The translations under genes and the position numbers were made by a program. Source: Salpingoeca rosetta (lineage: Eukaryota > Protista > Choanoflagellata). From it: a stretch of 64,000 nucleotides of DNA. The stretch is from NCBI GenBank assembly GCA_033442325.1, contig JAWQFM010000011.1, forward strand, positions 619,474 through 683,473, written 5' to 3'. The notes below the pieces were generated by a model, which had not been told where the DNA came from, did not search any database, and worked only from the letters and a program-made list of their open reading frames with translations. Below are positions 1 through 16,656 of the stretch, in pieces. How positions within the stretch are numbered: the stretch's first letter is position 1; each line of letters begins with the position of its first letter.

Positions 1-1116
1 TACAATCTTGTCTGCAGAGAACACCGTGGACAGGCGGTGCGCAATCATGATGGTGGTGCGGCCGGTCGATGCCCGGTCAAGCGCCTCCTTCACAATCGCC
101 TCGCTCTCGTTGTCCAGCGCGCTGGAGTGGGGGAGGTGGGAGAGGAAAGAGAGGGTGCGGGCGCGAATGAACAAGGTGAGTGGTTGTGGAAGGGGAAAGC
201 ACAAGCGCGTGTGGGCCCAATAAATACCCGTACAACAACAACAACAGCAACAGCAACACACACACTCATAAACACACACACGCGCGCACGCCACACACAC
301 CACACACACGCACACACACACGCACACACACACACACCTGGTTGCTTCGTCGAGGAGGAGGATGTTTGGGGCTTTGATGAGAGCGCGAGCAATGGCAATG
401 CGTTGCCGCTATCAGGCGCACCAGCAAATCAATAATGCACGCGTGTGTGCGTGTGTACAGCAGTGTGAGGGGAGGCGGAGAAGGAAACAAACGGCGCGTA
501 CACACCACAATGTCCGGACCCACCACCACCACTGCCACTACCACGATGATGGGTCCTGACCTGTCCGCCGGAGAGCTGTGTGCCGGAGTCGCCGACCATG
601 GTGTTGTATCCGTCAGGCAGCGCCATGATGAAGTCGTGCGCATTCGCCATCCTGGAGACACGTCGCCGCGCGACATGGCATGATGTGAGGGCGGCAGTGA
701 CAAGATTGGAGGAGGGGGCTGAATGGGAGCATACCGTACGCATGCGTCACTAACAGTGATACACCACCTTCAACACACACACACACACACACANNNNNNN
801 NNNNNNNNNNNNNNNNNNNNNNNNNNNNNNNNNNNNNNNNNNNNNNNNNNNNNNNNNNNNNNNNNNNNNNNNNNNNNNNNNNNNNNNNNNNNNCTAATAG
901 TTCTGTCCTGACAAAAAAAAAAAAAAAAAAGTTGTGCTGGTTTTCGCCGCCTGTTGTGCTACATTTCTACCAGGTTAAGGTGTGTTGCTTATTCGGCACT
1001 GGAAAAGCCTTGGAAGATTATAAGTAGATAGTGACTCTCGATATTGACGCACATTGTCCTATACATTACATAAAAGCATCAAGAAGAGAGGCATAATTAA
1101 CACTGATGTATCAACT

Positions 1117-1215
<99 letters not shown>

Positions 1216-2067
1216 ACACACACACACACACACGCACACACGCACACAAACCGTCACACATCCACTCGCGCGTTCCCCCTCCCCAACACAAGCAACAAAA
1301 CAAACACACCCGCCCTGCCCTGCCCACCTCACCTTGCGGCGCTGTGGACCTCGTGCTCTGTTGCATCGTCCTTGCCAAGCGCAATGTTGTCTGCGATGGT
1401 GGTGGGGAACAGCACCGGGGTCTGGCTCACCAGGCCAATCTGTGACCGCAGCCACTGGATGTTGAGCTTGCGGATGTCTGTTCCGTCGAGCTCAATGCTG
1501 CCTGCCGTCGGGTCGTAGAAGCGCTCCAGCATGGCGACGGTCGTGGACTTTCCGCAGCCGGACGCGCCGACCAGCGCCACCGTCTCCTGCGGCTTCACCT
1601 CGATGTTGAGCTTGTGCAGGATCTGCTCGTCAGGGCGGGTCGGGTAGGTGAAGTCGACGTCCTTGAAGCGGATGTGGCCCGTGAGTTTGGAGGGCACAGT
1701 GCCTTCCTCGGACAGCGAGTCAATCTCGGACGGGCGGTCGATGATGTCGAAGATGGCGCGCGCAGCACCGCGGCCAGCAGCCATCACCTTGATGTTGGGC
1801 GTTGCCTGGCCAATCGAGGTGGCTGCGATGATGACTGAGAAGAACACCGTCAACACCTGCCCAGCCGTCAAGTCGCCCTCCCCAACAAGGTATGACCCAA
1901 ACCAGAACGTCACGGCGTAGGTCAAGTAGATCATCATAAACGTGAAGCCCATGCCTGCCGTGGTTTTGTTGATGACGAGGAAGGATGTTGTCGGGAGTGA
2001 GTGGTGATTGTGATGGTGGTCGTGTGAGGACAGGAGAGGAAGAAACGATTCAGAGGCTCACTGCATG

Positions 2068-2110
<43 letters not shown>

Positions 2111-2815
2111 CTCTCTCTCTCTCTCATGCACTCCCACAAACACCCCCCCCCCAAATACGCACCACAGCCCTGGATGAGACCACCGCGCTCGCCGGCCTTG
2201 CGTGCGCCCTCGAGCTCCTTGTGGTAGCGCTCCACCTCGCGGTCCTGCGTGTCAAAGGCAATGACGGTGCGGATCATGCGAATCACTTCATCTGCAACGC
2301 TGCCCGCCGCTGCGTAGAAGCCCTGCCCGCCCGAGGACGCCTGTGCAATGTACTTGCCCATGATTGCCGAGCCTGTGGGTTGTGATGGTGGTGGTGATGG
2401 TGGTGGTGGTGGTGGTGGTGGCAGCGTGAATGGCATGAATAGCGCGGACGAGACGAAAAAAGAACAGAGCAATGCAATGGGGATGCGATGGAAATGCTGT
2501 GATGAAGGGATCACACACACATGCACAGACAACAGCAGATACATACGCACATACAAACACACGCACCAATGGCGATGAGAGGGACCATGCCCGTGGTGAC
2601 CAGCGTCAGTTTCCAGCCATACACAAAGCCTACAACGTATCCAGCTGCAGACGACAGAGTGGGAGGGGGAGGAGAGGAAGGAGAGGGAGGAGAGGGAGGA
2701 GAGGGAGGAGAGGGGGAGGTGTCATAAGGTGAGGTGAGCTGAATGCATACTGGCAAAGTGCATCCTGCATGATGCAACCATGCATGCACGAGCAAGCGCG
2801 ACACACGCACGCACG

Positions 2816-2899
<84 letters not shown>

Positions 2900-4026
2900 G
2901 CAAGCACGCAAGCACAGCGCGTTGCTTACCGAGGAACATGCCGAGGAACTGGAGGAAGCTGGCGACCTTGTCACCTAGCGCCTCTTGGATCTGGGGAACG
3001 TCGCTGGAGATGCGGGAGGAGAGGGCGCCGGTCTTCTGCTGGTCATACCAGGCCATCTCCTGGCGCACCAGGGCCTTGAAGTACAGCTTGCGGATGCGCA
3101 GGCTCTGGCGCTCAGCGGCCAGCGTGAACGCCGCCACTTGCACGTACGCCGTCACTGCGCCAGCACACGCCAGGTACAAAATGATCTTCGCTGTGTCGCC
3201 CACGCTGTCCAGCAGCTTGCTCTGATCTGCGGTTGCGCTGAAGCTGTCAATGACCTGGTTGGCGTGTGTATGCGGTTGGTAGTTCTGCAATGAGCATGCG
3301 CTACACATATGCGCGCACATTGATGCTGGCACGTTCATCCACACACCCGACATTCGCGCAAGCGTGACTTACATCGCCCATGAACACCACGAATGTCGGG
3401 GACAGGGCGCCGTGGATCAGTGCGCAAATGGATCCCGTGATAACAAGAAACCAGTCCTGGAGTGAGTAAGAGACACCGATGAACACGGAGAGCGTGTTGA
3501 GTGAGTAAATGGGCGTGGTGAACGTGTTGGGTGAGCGGGTGAGTGTGGTGAGTGGGTGAGTGAGCGGGTGTGTTGAGTGAGAGACAAGACGACGAAAAGA
3601 ACATCAGGTGGCGGATGCACGTGCTTAACTCACAAAGCCATCGGCGTAGCGATACAGGCTCAGGTATGGCACAGGAGGCAGGTCTTCGGCCTCCTTGGCT
3701 TGGTTCTTGTCAATTTCGCCGCCTTGGCTGTTCTCGCCATTCTTGGCAGCCTTCCTGGCATCTCTGCGCCCTGCAAATCCACCATCACCCATTCGGCTGT
3801 GTGAGATCCCAAGCACCGGCAAGCAAGCACTGCACGCACGTCTACGTGTGCACATGCGCGCATGCGTGGCGCACATCAATGCACACGCACACACGCACAC
3901 ACGCACACATGCACACGCACACATGCACACACGCACACACGCACACAGACATACAGACAAACACACACACACACACACACATAAACCAAACACACACACA
4001 CATCCATGCGACTCACGGCGACCCAT
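1..4026 (-). CDS. ABCB1: ABCB/P-glycoprotein (MDR1-like) ABC transporter, copy A; multi-exon, 3' part runs off the window's left edge
   Basis: Micro-exon ATG GGT CGC C|GTGAGT at 4026-4017, then [42 protein letters not shown]1 ([26 protein letters not shown]), NBD1 Walker [15 protein letters not shown] signature, Walker [22 protein letters not shown]. Confidence 0.93.
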
Positions 4027-4067
4027 GGTGATGTGCTCGCGTGCAACTGTTTGGTCTTGGCTTTTGG

Positions 4068-4172
<105 letters not shown>

Positions 4173-4763
4173 GGCTCCGAAGAAGAAGCAGGTGCACACG
4201 TGTGCATGAGCGATGGCAGGAGGTAAATGAACAGACGGCACACGCTCAGCAGCCAAACATCAACACCACACCTGTGTCCGGCATCATCTGACGCGTGCCG
4301 ATTGTTTACGCAAAACATTGTTCATTTTTCTGCATCGCTGGCTGCTCGCATCATCTTTGGGCATCATCACCATGCTGGCGTGGTGGCCGTTAGCGTTGCG
4401 TCGTGCGGCAGTGGTAGTGGGGCTGTGCAAAGCCGCAAGGCTGCAAGCGGGCGAGCCAACCATGCGTATGTCTCTGGTGCCTGGGAGAAAAAAAAACAAG
4501 CAGCAGCTCACCCCGTGCGTCTGTGGCTCTGCGCTTTGGTTGTCTGCGTCTCTTCTTGCTTGTTGCCAAGTCCGCTTCCGCCGGTGGAAAGTTGATTGAA
4601 AACATCAACAAACTCTCGGAGGCGAAGGACAGTTGCGGGTTTGGTTGTGTCACAGCAGAACTGCTGCTGCCATTGTTCCCTTGCTTGCTTGCTCGTCCTA
4701 CCTTCACTCTTGCACTTCTTCTTGCTTCTTGTGTGACTCCGCTTCAGCCAGTAGCAGCTCAAG

Positions 4764-6136
4764 ATGACAGACTTTGCGACGCGCATGACACAGGCAGCGC
4801 TTGATCTCAACACCCAGAAGCTGTTGCTGTCGGTGGCCGACAATTCCTGCGGCACTCTCGTCGCGTGCGTTGGCCCGTGCAAACAACCTGTAGTGCTGCA
4901 GAAGGAGATATGCTAGTGTTCGTGCGTCGTGTCACGAGTGCCGGATCTGCTCTGTCCGCTTGTGCTGCAGTGTGAACTGCTCTTCTCTTTTCTTCCGCCT
5001 TGTGGAGGGCGTTGTACCTCGTTCTCGTTGGAACCTTTATACAATTTCTTACTTGGCAGCCACCACCTTCCACTTCCACATTGCACTTCACTTCAAGGTT
5101 GAGCGGGAAAAAGCTCGGCGATGCGGGTATGGCATATGTGGCAGAGGCCCTTCAGAAGAACAAGGTCATCGACTGGCTGGAGTAAGCTATCCCGCATCTC
5201 TTCCTGCTCTTGCCAACAGTTCAAACCACAACAAGCGAACGAACCGTTGTTCTGCTTCCCCCAGCAGCCATACAATGTCATTGCACCACAGCATCGCTGC
5301 AGCGCTACCTCCATTACGCACTTAACTGCTGCATTGTACGCTTGCGGTGGTCATCCCGTCGCTGCTTCTTCCCGATCACAAGCGTTTGCTCACGCGTGAC
5401 ATGCGTTCTTTGTTCGTTCCTCTCTGTTCGTTCCTCTATGTGTTACTGTTGCGTCGTTCAGCTTGACAAACAACGCCATCACGTCCGACGGCGTTAAGGC
5501 GCTCGCTGACACGCTGACGGCCCACGAGACACTTTGCACGTTGACGTTCGTCTCCACATCCATCCTCCTGCTGTGCAATATCTGCGTGCTTCCATTTGTT
5601 TCCCAAGACCTATGGTGTTCCCCCTTGATGTTGCATATCGCCCTAGCACCACGAATCAGAGGCATTTCAAGCGCAGTGCTCACACTCTGTGATGCGACCA
5701 TGTCTTTTTCTCCTTTTGCATGACATCTTCGTCTTCGTCTCAGCCTCACTGACAATGACATTGACGACGAAGGCGCAAGGACTCTGGCAACGGTGGTGGG
5801 AAGCAACCCCAACATCAACACTCTCTCGTAAGTGCAAATGGCCTCAAAGTAAGGTAGCACTGAAATTATTGCTCTTGCATCCTAGCAACCTGCAGACTGG
5901 TATTGCCCACTCCTTCCTTGTTTCGGGCCACACCTCATTCCTTCTCTCCTCTCTTTATGCCATCCACACCACTTTTTTTTTTTTTTGCCACCACGCTTCC
6001 AATACCTCTGCGTCTCCATCACTTCCACAGGCTGCATGAGAATGAAAAAATCACGCCTGTTGGCATCAAGGCGATCCAGGATGCTGTGGCGGACAGACCA
6101 GACTTTACTCTTGCCATAGAGACTGGCTCACCATGA
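4764..6136 (+). CDS. Small LRR-only protein (RI-like/NLRC3-type 28-aa repeats), ~152 aa; exons 4764-4864, 5098-5181, 5462-5545, 5744-5827, 6031-6136
   Basis: Three 84-nt phase-2 exons, each one LRR (LSGKKLGDAGMAYVAEALQKNKVIDWL; LTNNAITSDGVKALADTLTAHETLCTL; LTDNDIDDEGARTLATVVGSNPNINTL); GT-AG junctions in frame; stop at 6134-6136. Confidence 0.85.
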
Positions 6137-6330
6137 TGCGTGGATGTGTACACGCGTGTGTGTGAGTGCGTGCGTGCGTGCGTGCGTGTGTGTATGTGTG
6201 TGTGTGTATGTGTGTGTGTGTATGTGTGTGTGTGTGTGTGTGTCACCGGTTTGCTCTCTTGTTTCCGCTCCTTTCCCAACAAGCAAACAAAAACCCCGTC
6301 AACAATGAAACCGCAAGTCAAAGGGGTTGT

Positions 6331-6495
6331 TTATTCTGAGCTGACAAGCTTCGCAAACGATGCACGCAAGTCTTCCTCAGGCAAGTTGCGACCTGCACAG
6401 GGCACACGAGCAGCGGCAAACGAAACAACGGGAGTGGGGTGAGTACAAGACAAAAGGAGGGTCGGTAGGGAACGCACGAAGAACAGCAACCAAAA

Positions 6496-6541
<46 letters not shown>

Positions 6542-7701
6542 ACACACCGATGAAGACGAGGCGGTTGACACGTTCGGCATCACCCCACTCGGTCGTCTCA
6601 GTCTGTCAATATAAAGTGAGGTGAGGTTGACGCAGTGGCAGCACACCAACAAGCGGGTGGCGACGTCGAAGGAGCACACGCGCACCCTCTGAGAAGCAAG
6701 TCAAGGACAATCACACGCACATGCACACAGACACAGACACAGACACAGACACACACACAGACACAGACACAAACACATAAATGCACATACGCACCCACAC
6801 CCACACCACACTCGCACCCACACACCCACAAACATGCATACAACACCTTATCGTAGAGCTCGCGCACGGCCTGAAGAATGTGTCTGTTGTCTGATCCACG
6901 AATGGAGAGGACACCCTTCATGCGCAGCACCTCGGCACCCTGATGGGCAGCATCCACGTGGCCATGACGCAATCAATGGAAACAGCACGTCATACAAGGT
7001 GGTCCGCATGCAGTTGACAACCACACAGACACACGTACACAGCTACACAGATACGCACACACACACAGACACACAAACACACAGACGCACACAGACGCAC
7101 ACAGACACACGGCGCTCACATCACCGCCTCCCTGTCTCCGCAGCACCCTCGTGCACGTACGCATGGCTTGTCGTCGAGTTGCTGTTCCCACAGCAGGTCC
7201 TGTATCCAGCGCTCCGCCTCCTCTTCGTCCACACAGCCGGGCAGCGCGATGGTCACCGTTCGTACCTGCAGTAGAAAGGGAAGGAGCAAAGGAAGCAAAG
7301 AGGGGGCGGGGGGCGGCACCGGTAGCGTCGAACGATGAGCCGTGAAGCAGAAACACACATACACACACACAGACACAGACACATGCAGACACACAGACAC
7401 ACACAGACACGCAGACACACACAGACACAGAAGCACAGACACAGGCACACGGAGTCACTACGCACGGATGAGTCCAGGTGCGGGGTGCTGGTGACAGCCT
7501 GCGCCTTGAGGTCCTCCAAGCGCTCGTCAGCGTCATACGCGTCGATGCCAAGCACAAACGAAAGGTCCACCCTGCAACGTCGTGACGCGCGCGGCGATGG
7601 AGGGAAGAGGGACGTGGGTGGTTGAGGTGGTACAGTCGCTTGAGGCATGGAAGGAGAACGAGCAACCTGCTCACTCTCTCCTTGCCTGCACACATACTTG
7701 C

Positions 7702-7793
<92 letters not shown>

Positions 7794-9792
7794 ACCCCAC
7801 CCTTAACATTTACTCACTTGCTGTAGTTTGTTTCGACGATGAGTGCGGTTGAGTTGATGGCCTGGATGCTCGCCTTGAGCTCTGCCAGCTCCTGAGACTT
7901 GGCAAGGTCGACCTTGTTCAGCACAATCCGGTCCGCCAACGCCACTTGCCTGCAAGCAAAAGCACGCCGAGCGCATGACAGCTCACAGCTTGAGTGTACC
8001 GTGGGAAGTACTGCTGCCAGCACCTCCGCAGCAGCCACTCACACAACTCACAGCATCCTCAGCCCCGTGCACATTTCTCCGCACATCCGCAGCAGCCACT
8101 CACACAACTCACAGCATCCTCAGCCCCGTGCACATTTCTCCGCACACATCCGCAGCAGCCACTCACACAACTCACAGCATCCACACCATCCAAGCCATCC
8201 ACAGCGTCCCCCCCCGCACAGCACACCCACCACACCCACACGTACCTGACAGCCTCGTTGAGGGACCCATCACTGCGCTCTTCGCCCAGCTGCTTCAAGC
8301 CGTACTTGCTGTCAATCACCGTCACAATCCCTGAACATGTTGACGTGGAATGAAGTGGCAGAGTTGGGGGCAAGATGAGAAGTGGAAGTTAGAGGCATGG
8401 TCAACACAGGTTCAATTTCAACACACGCACACACACGCACACACAAAAAAATGAAAACAAAAAAGAAAAAAGAACAAAGAAAAATAAAGGAAGTGCAGTG
8501 ACGCACCGTCGAGTTTGACGTCGCTACAGAGGGCGTCGTCCAGCCAGAACATGGACGCAATTGGACCTGCATGTACACAAGCATATGGTCAGGCAGCGCC
8601 CGTGAGGTGAATTGAAGACACGGACACACACAGGCACACAGACACACACACACACACAGACACACACACACACACACACACACGCGCGCGCGCGCACACA
8701 CAGACAGACACTCAGACAGACACACACAAAACCTCACACGCGCAGACCCACAGACTCACACACACGCCATGTTACCTGGGTCAGCGAGGCCAGTTGTTTC
8801 CAAGACAACATAGTCGAAGAGGCCCTTCTTCTTCATCATGTTCTCGATGGCCTTGACGCCCACGTCCCTGCACAATACGCACCGGCGAGATGGTGAACAG
8901 CGATGAGCGGTGCCGGAGGAAGAGGGGGGGGGGGTTGCGTTTTGACGAAAGGCACGCCCGCTGGAGCTTGCGTTTTGACGAATAGCATGACCACTCGACC
9001 GCAGCGCGGGCCATTGGAGTGTCATTGCACAGCAAGAGCACAGTGACTCACTTCACGCTGCAGCACAGGCACCCGTTGCGCAGCTCCAGCCACTCCTCGT
9101 ACATGGCACCGTCCTGGCCAATGGACATGCTCTTCTCCACGGCACTCCCTAGTCAAGGCGGGGCAGGTCAGCGAGCGAGTGCTGCATGAGTGAGCCGGCG
9201 AGCACAGACGCGAGCCTGCCAGCACATACATTTTTCTCCCCACGCCTTGCATCAACAAAAGCATACTCCAGCGTTTTCGGGCGCCTCAACACGCATGCGT
9301 CGCGCGTGCACACCTTCGCCAAATTCGTTCAGAATGACGGCAATCTTGAGGCCATGGTTCTCTGTGAGGATGTAGTTGAGGAGGGTGGTCTTGCCGGCAC
9401 CTGCAACGGACACCACACCGCAACCGACAGCGTGTGAATCACCCAGCGGCAGCCACAGCAGGGTGCGTGTGTGTTGAAGTGTGTTGAATGTGTGCGAGTG
9501 AAAGCTGAGACAAGCACGAGGAGATTCGTGCATGTGTGTATGTGTGTGTGTGTGAGGTCGAGTCGTTTTTGCAAGATCTGTATACCAAGATAGCCTGTAA
9601 GGATGGTCACGGGAACTGCCTTGGCCTTTTTCTCCTCAATCTCTTGCTGTGCAGTCTGTCAAGGAGAACATGTGGGCATGTGTGTGTGTGTAGGGTGTTT
9701 GTGTGTGCGTGTGTGTAGGGGTGTATGGTTGGGGGTGTTTGTGGGGGTGGGGTGGGGTGGGGTGGTGGTGAATGAGAGTCGATGACGGAGAC

Positions 9793-9823
<31 letters not shown>

Positions 9824-10054
9824 GACACACAGACAGACACACACAGACACACACACAGACAGACACGCTCCTGCTGTACCCACGCGCTCCAGCTGACGTT
9901 CTATTCCAGATTATATCACCACGAAAGAACGTCGGTAAGTGTAACACCTCACTGCACAAAATTTAAAAATCTTCAGATTATACCGCGCAGAAAACCACTA
10001 AAACACCGGTAAATTACTTTGTCCGCCTCGCACACACAACAACACAACAACACA

Positions 10055-10107
<53 letters not shown>

Positions 10108-10174
10108 CCTCGTCAACGACAGGCGCAGCGTCGTCGGCCTCCACCAGCTGTGGGACATCGTCGTCCTCCATCAT
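6331..10174 (-). CDS. ZNG1: COG0523/CobW-family Zn-metallochaperone GTPase (ZNG1/CBWD)
   Basis: Spliced motifs [13 protein letters not shown] (Walker A), [19 protein letters not shown] (GCxCC), [42 protein letters not shown]; stop at 6331. Confidence 0.93.
8026..8181. repeat. Intronic minisatellite, 61-63-bp unit, ~2.5 copies
   Basis: CCGCAGCAGCCACTCACACAACTCACAGCATCC... recurs at 8026, 8087 and 8150. Confidence 0.9.
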
Positions 10175-10304
10175 CACACTCGCACGTAGAACAGCACAGC
10201 AGAACCACAGCACTTTCTTCAAGTGATGGCGCAACAATCAGCGGTCGCAAGTCCTGAAAAATGGTAGACAATATCCATGAAATTTCGGACAGCAACAGAC
10301 GCTG
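10175..10304. promoter_or_regulatory. Putative bidirectional promoter between ZNG1 (-) and anmK (+)
   Basis: Divergent start codons only ~130 bp apart. Confidence 0.6.
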
Positions 10305-11041
10305 ATGAGCCGATTCAAAGAAGGAGGCAGCAACCATGGTGCTGTCAGCGATGGTGGTGCAGGAACCCTGTGTATTGGGTTGATGAGTGGGACGAGCTGC
10401 GATGCGATTGATGCTGCTCTCGTGGAGATTCGAGGCGCTGGGTTTGAGACCAGCGTGAGGTTGCTGAAATACATTGAGGTCGAGCTGGAGGCTGACGTGC
10501 GCCAGCGGCTGCTGCGGCTGGGAGCTGGTGATGCCACCACGGCCAGTGAGCTGACGCTGGCCTCCAACGCCCTCGGTGAAGCGTTTGCCGCTGCTGCCCA
10601 CGAGGTTGTGCGCCAAGCGGGGAAGCACATGAACGACGTGGCATTCATTGGATCGCACGGCCAGACCGTGTTCCATGACCCAGATCACAACGCAACCCTG
10701 CAGATTGGATCACCGTTCGTCATCGCTCAACGCACGGGGTGCTGGACCGTGGCAGACTTTCGGCCCGCAGACATGGCACTCGGTTCGTTGAAGCTTTGTC
10801 CTTACTTCTTCTCTTTGTTGTGTCATATCCACAACGAACAAGAAGAGGGAGTTGGAGGAAGTGTAGCTGATTGCTTGAACCCCCCCCCCGCGCATTGCAA
10901 ATCTACCACTGCCATGGCCTGCATGGCTTAGCTTGTTTGTATCGGTAACCGATACATCTTCCATGCACACACTCTGCCTGACGTCACGAACACACACACG
11001 CACACACGCACCCACACGTACACACACGCACACACACATAT

Positions 11042-11072
<31 letters not shown>

Positions 11073-12314
11073 CAGGTCTCATGCGTTAATGCTCACACGT
11101 TGACACTCGCGCATTGACATCTGGTTGTTGCTACCACGTCCATGTTTGTGTCCACGGGTTTGTTTCTGTGCTTCCCCATCTGCCACAGGTGGACAGGGTG
11201 CACCGCTTGTGCCGTACGTGGACCTCATCCTGCACCGTTCGGCAGTGGAGAGCCGGTTGCTGCTCAACATCGGTGGCATTGCCAACATCACCGTGCTCCC
11301 AGCCAACGCCACTGCAGCGGACGTCGTTGCGTTTGATACGGGCCCAGGCAACATGCTCATGGATATGGCGGCGGCCAGGTTCACTCACAATGAACAGCGG
11401 TGCGACAGGAATGGAGCAATAGCTGCTCGCGGGGTCGTGCACACCGCTCTGCTTGCGTGGCTGCTTGACCATCCGTTCCTGCACAAGGCGCCCCCAAAGT
11501 CGACAGGCCGCGATGAGTTTGGAGCCGCCTTTTTCGCGCGGCTCCTGGAGATGTTTCCAGACATCCCTGCTGACGATGTGCTTGCCACGCTCAATGCGTT
11601 TACGGCGCGCACAGTGTGCGATGCAGCCCTCCCCTTCATCAAACAGCACAGCATAGCAGAGGTGTGGGTGTCTGGCGGCGGCGCACACAACCCCGTGCTC
11701 ATCTCCAACTTGCAGCGCGAGCTCCCAGATGCATGCCGGGTTGTGCAGCGATCAGGTGCGTGCGTGTGTGTGTCTGTACGTGTGGACGTGTGTGTGTGTG
11801 TGTGTGTACGTGTGGACGTGTATGTGTGTGTGTGTCTGTACGTGTGAACATGTGTGTGTGTGTGTGTCTGTACGTGTGGACGTGTGTGTGTGTCTGTGCG
11901 TGTGTGTGTATTGTTTTGTTCATACACGCACACACAACACACACATGCAAGTACAACGTGATGTCGTGACTAACTGTGCTGTGCGCGGTTGTTTTATTCC
12001 ACGAGATCTGCCACCCTTCACATCCAATACAAACCCGTCACCCTCCTCTCACTGCCTCACGCTTGCACGCCGCCATCCCCACGACAACTCGACCACCACC
12101 ACGACCACCACAATCACCACCACCAGAGGATGCCTTTGACACGGATGCGCGGGAGGCGGTTGCGTTTGCGGTGCTTGCAAACGAGACCATGCACGGCAAC
12201 ACGGCGAACGTGCCCGCTGTGACAGGGGCGACAGCACCGGCCGTGCTGGGTGCAGTGTTTCCCGGCACGCGACGCGTGGACATGGCGACGGCTCTCCAGT
12301 CCAGCACGACATGA
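10305..12314 (+). CDS. anmK: Anhydro-N-acetylmuramic acid kinase (AnmK/levoglucosan kinase family); exons 10305-10782, 11189-11755, 12127-12314
   Basis: [92 protein letters not shown]; both introns GT-AG phase 1. Confidence 0.93.
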
Positions 12315-12631
12315 TCGACACTGATGGGCCGATTGCTTCAGGGGTTGGTTGGGTTGTTGGTTGGCTGGTCGGTTGAGGTGGGCGGAAGCTGGTCGTGCTG
12401 GTGGTGGTGGTGCACGCTTGATTGAAGATTGGCAAGTTTGGTGCGCACAGCAAGATGGTTGTCGATAGTGGTGGTGCGTGGTGCCCTGGCTCTGGGTTGT
12501 GGCTTTTATTTGTGTTTCTGTGGGTGTGGCTCACCGAAGGAAGAAAAGGCGGCACCACCCACCACGCACACAACTGGCAACCGTCATAACAGCCAATGAA
12601 AGGGTGACATGGGCAGGAGGAGAAAGAGAGT

Positions 12632-16561
<3,930 letters not shown>

Positions 16562-16656
16562 CGTCTCGTCGTCCTTCCTTTGTCTTCGCTGATGATTGTG
16601 GATAATTGGCTGAAGTATTCGTTAGATTTTCAGCAACCATCACCCACCAACCAACA
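16562..16656. promoter_or_regulatory. Putative bidirectional promoter between ERGIC2 (-) and TTC37 (+)
   Basis: Divergent ATGs ~95 bp apart. Confidence 0.6.

Noticed and set aside
8026-8181. CRISPR-like spaced repeats (also 31018-31139)
   Set aside because: Contiguous tandem units without unique spacers, intronic, no cas genes, eukaryotic context
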